Source: Azolla caroliniana | Taxonomy: Eukaryota; Plantae; Polypodiophyta | DNA: 64,000 nucleotides | Direction: 5' to 3' | Assembly (NCBI GenBank): GCA_043228905.1 | Contig: JBHGNT010000004.1 | Span: forward strand, 22,506,001 to 22,570,000 | Program-made: the position numbers and the translations under genes | Shown here: positions 62,126 to 64,000 of the stretch, in pieces | Numbering within the stretch: the stretch's first letter is position 1 | Layout: every line of letters starts with the position of its first letter | The notes under the pieces: generated by a model | The model's input: only the letters and a program-made list of their open reading frames with translations | Told to the model about the DNA's origin: nothing | Database searches by the model: none

Positions 62126-64000
62126 GTAAATTCAGATGTTGCCATTTGTATAGAAAAGAGGGAATTCTGAATATCCAAAGTTTTTATAAATGATGTGCAT
62201 ATGGATGATTAAATTAATGAAAATTGACTTTCAATAGAACTTCTGAATTCTAAAGATACAGTTGTATAACTATGGTAACCTTGTTATTATTTAATACTTA
62301 GATTTATATAGTGTTTTGCACATTCTCCTTTGACAATATTGTTCATTCTTTAAAGCATTACTACTTCAGTTGTTGCATACTAGCTGGGCTTCATGTCCCT
62401 TTTCAGAGTGTCATCCTTATCTGGACTAATTATGAAATTTTGTAATGAGTATTTTCTGATTGGTTGGCTTAAAAATTTCATTAAAGCCTTTCCTCCCTCC
62501 ATTGAAGAGGTCAGTAGAATGCTGCTTCTACCAGGACTGAGGTTACTTTTTCTATCATACTCAAATTATAAAACGAGCATTTCAATTCCAGGGTGCATTC
62601 AGTATCTAACTGTCTAGAATGGAGAAAAATTAACAAAAAGAAGAAAGAAAAATATATTGACATCTTTAAGCAACTGAAATGTGGACAGAGATTAAATCTT
62701 AAAATGTTGTCTCATGTATGAGAAGAACTAATGTAAATAAAAATGACTAAATTAGTAAAACTGCCTATCATACCAGATTATCTTGTTAGCTAAGCTCTTT
62801 ACTATCTACACTTAGATGAAGAGAAATTATGCCTTCAAAAGATCTCCAACATGGGCCAAATGAAATCTCTTTAATGTTCTGAGCATAGATGAATTGAAAC
62901 TTCTGTCTTCAGAATATCTCCGGCATTGGCCAATCCAAGATGGAGAGATCTGTGAAGCAAGGTAAGCATCTTCAGTGTTGGGTGATAATGGCCTTGATTT
63001 GCCACCCACCTCTCTATCATGCACTTGGTAGTGTGATAGGTCAGCTTAGAACGTCCTTATGTAAATTAGAGAATGAGTATATCATATATGCACACAAAGC
63101 CATGGAGGAACAGATCAGCCAATCGTGTGATTGGGAACAGAATCAGAGGAGCATTATGCATCTTGTTGTACAGTTTTTTATGAATTAATGGGAATATACC
63201 ATTGTCTCTTCGAACGTGTTTTCAGTCCACCCCATAAGGTAATGAAATAAGACAAACATGATGCTTGGGACTGTTCTTGCTAGAAACAAAGAGATGTGGA
63301 AAGAAGTTGTTTATGAAGAACAACAATACATCATCAACAAAATCCATCATGCTTTCATTAGCATGACTCCTCTTACTTCAAGTCAATCAAAGGCTATAGA
63401 AGAAAGGTCTAGATCACAATATTTGAAATGGATTACAATACATTGGGGAATAGAAATTTGTCAAGCATGTAGTCCACGTCCACAGGACCATGGCCTCATC
63501 ATGCTTCTTATGTCCATACAAAATCACCTGATGATAAATCCATCTTGCAATAAGTGTACAAAGAGGGCTTTATAGTGGATCCTCTTCCTACTAAGAGGCA
63601 TTGGTGGGCTGATTCTGGCAAGATTTCATGTTTGAGAGGCTGGATTACTAACATTTGGGTTTTGAAGTTCTCCAAATGGATTATCTATTTTATGCCAATG
63701 TTTGCACATGATAGGCTACCAGGTGGCACATGGGTTCAATGTATTGGCCATGCTGCCACTTGTGATTGATGTACTGTGGGCTCCAAATTGGTTATCAGTT
63801 TTATCCGGATGTTTGCACATGCTGGCTACCTGTTGGCATGTGGGTTCAATGTATTGGCTGTGACACCACAGGGGGTGTCACCATGCTTATGTGGTTTAGT
63901 AATCTCTTTGTCTTTAGATATTTGAGGCTGTCTTACATGAAGGGGACTACTAGGTGAGAGAAAAATGGAGAGAGGAAGAGGAAGAGAAAGATTGATTGGC

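Noticed and set aside
62800-64000. Further rsmG exons or a LINE remnant
   Set aside because: I found no in-phase exon matching the RsmG C-terminus and no clear RT motif; left unannotated.

Overview
Land-plant nuclear DNA, probably from a non-seed plant (inferred from the retroelement type). The left half (about 4.8-29.3 kb) is a five-layer LTR-retrotransposon nest. A minus-strand Ty1/copia is split by a 20.7-kb Ty3/gypsy block A. Block A contains full-length gypsy B, which contains full-length gypsy C, whose 5' LTR carries a copia-type solo LTR. Two further gypsy solo LTRs are inserted in A and B. All five gypsy insertions have 4-bp target duplications centred on CpG. B and C use a tRNA-Trp primer site and appear to express RT-RH-INT by a -1 frameshift after the protease (G_GAU_UUU, UAG, then a conserved pseudoknot). 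Several gypsy LTRs carry an antisense tRNA-like A/B-box module. At 30.3-34.1 kb a hAT-like MITE is split by a Mutator-like element that carries a captured, intron-containing LysM gene fragment. The right half holds four host genes: ABC1K1/PGR6 (+), a FAX fatty-acid exporter (+), a 4xKH RNA-binding protein (-) and rsmG/gidB (+, incomplete in this window). A decaying tRNA-Val cluster lies at 2.0-3.2 kb. All calls come from manual reading; no searches were run.
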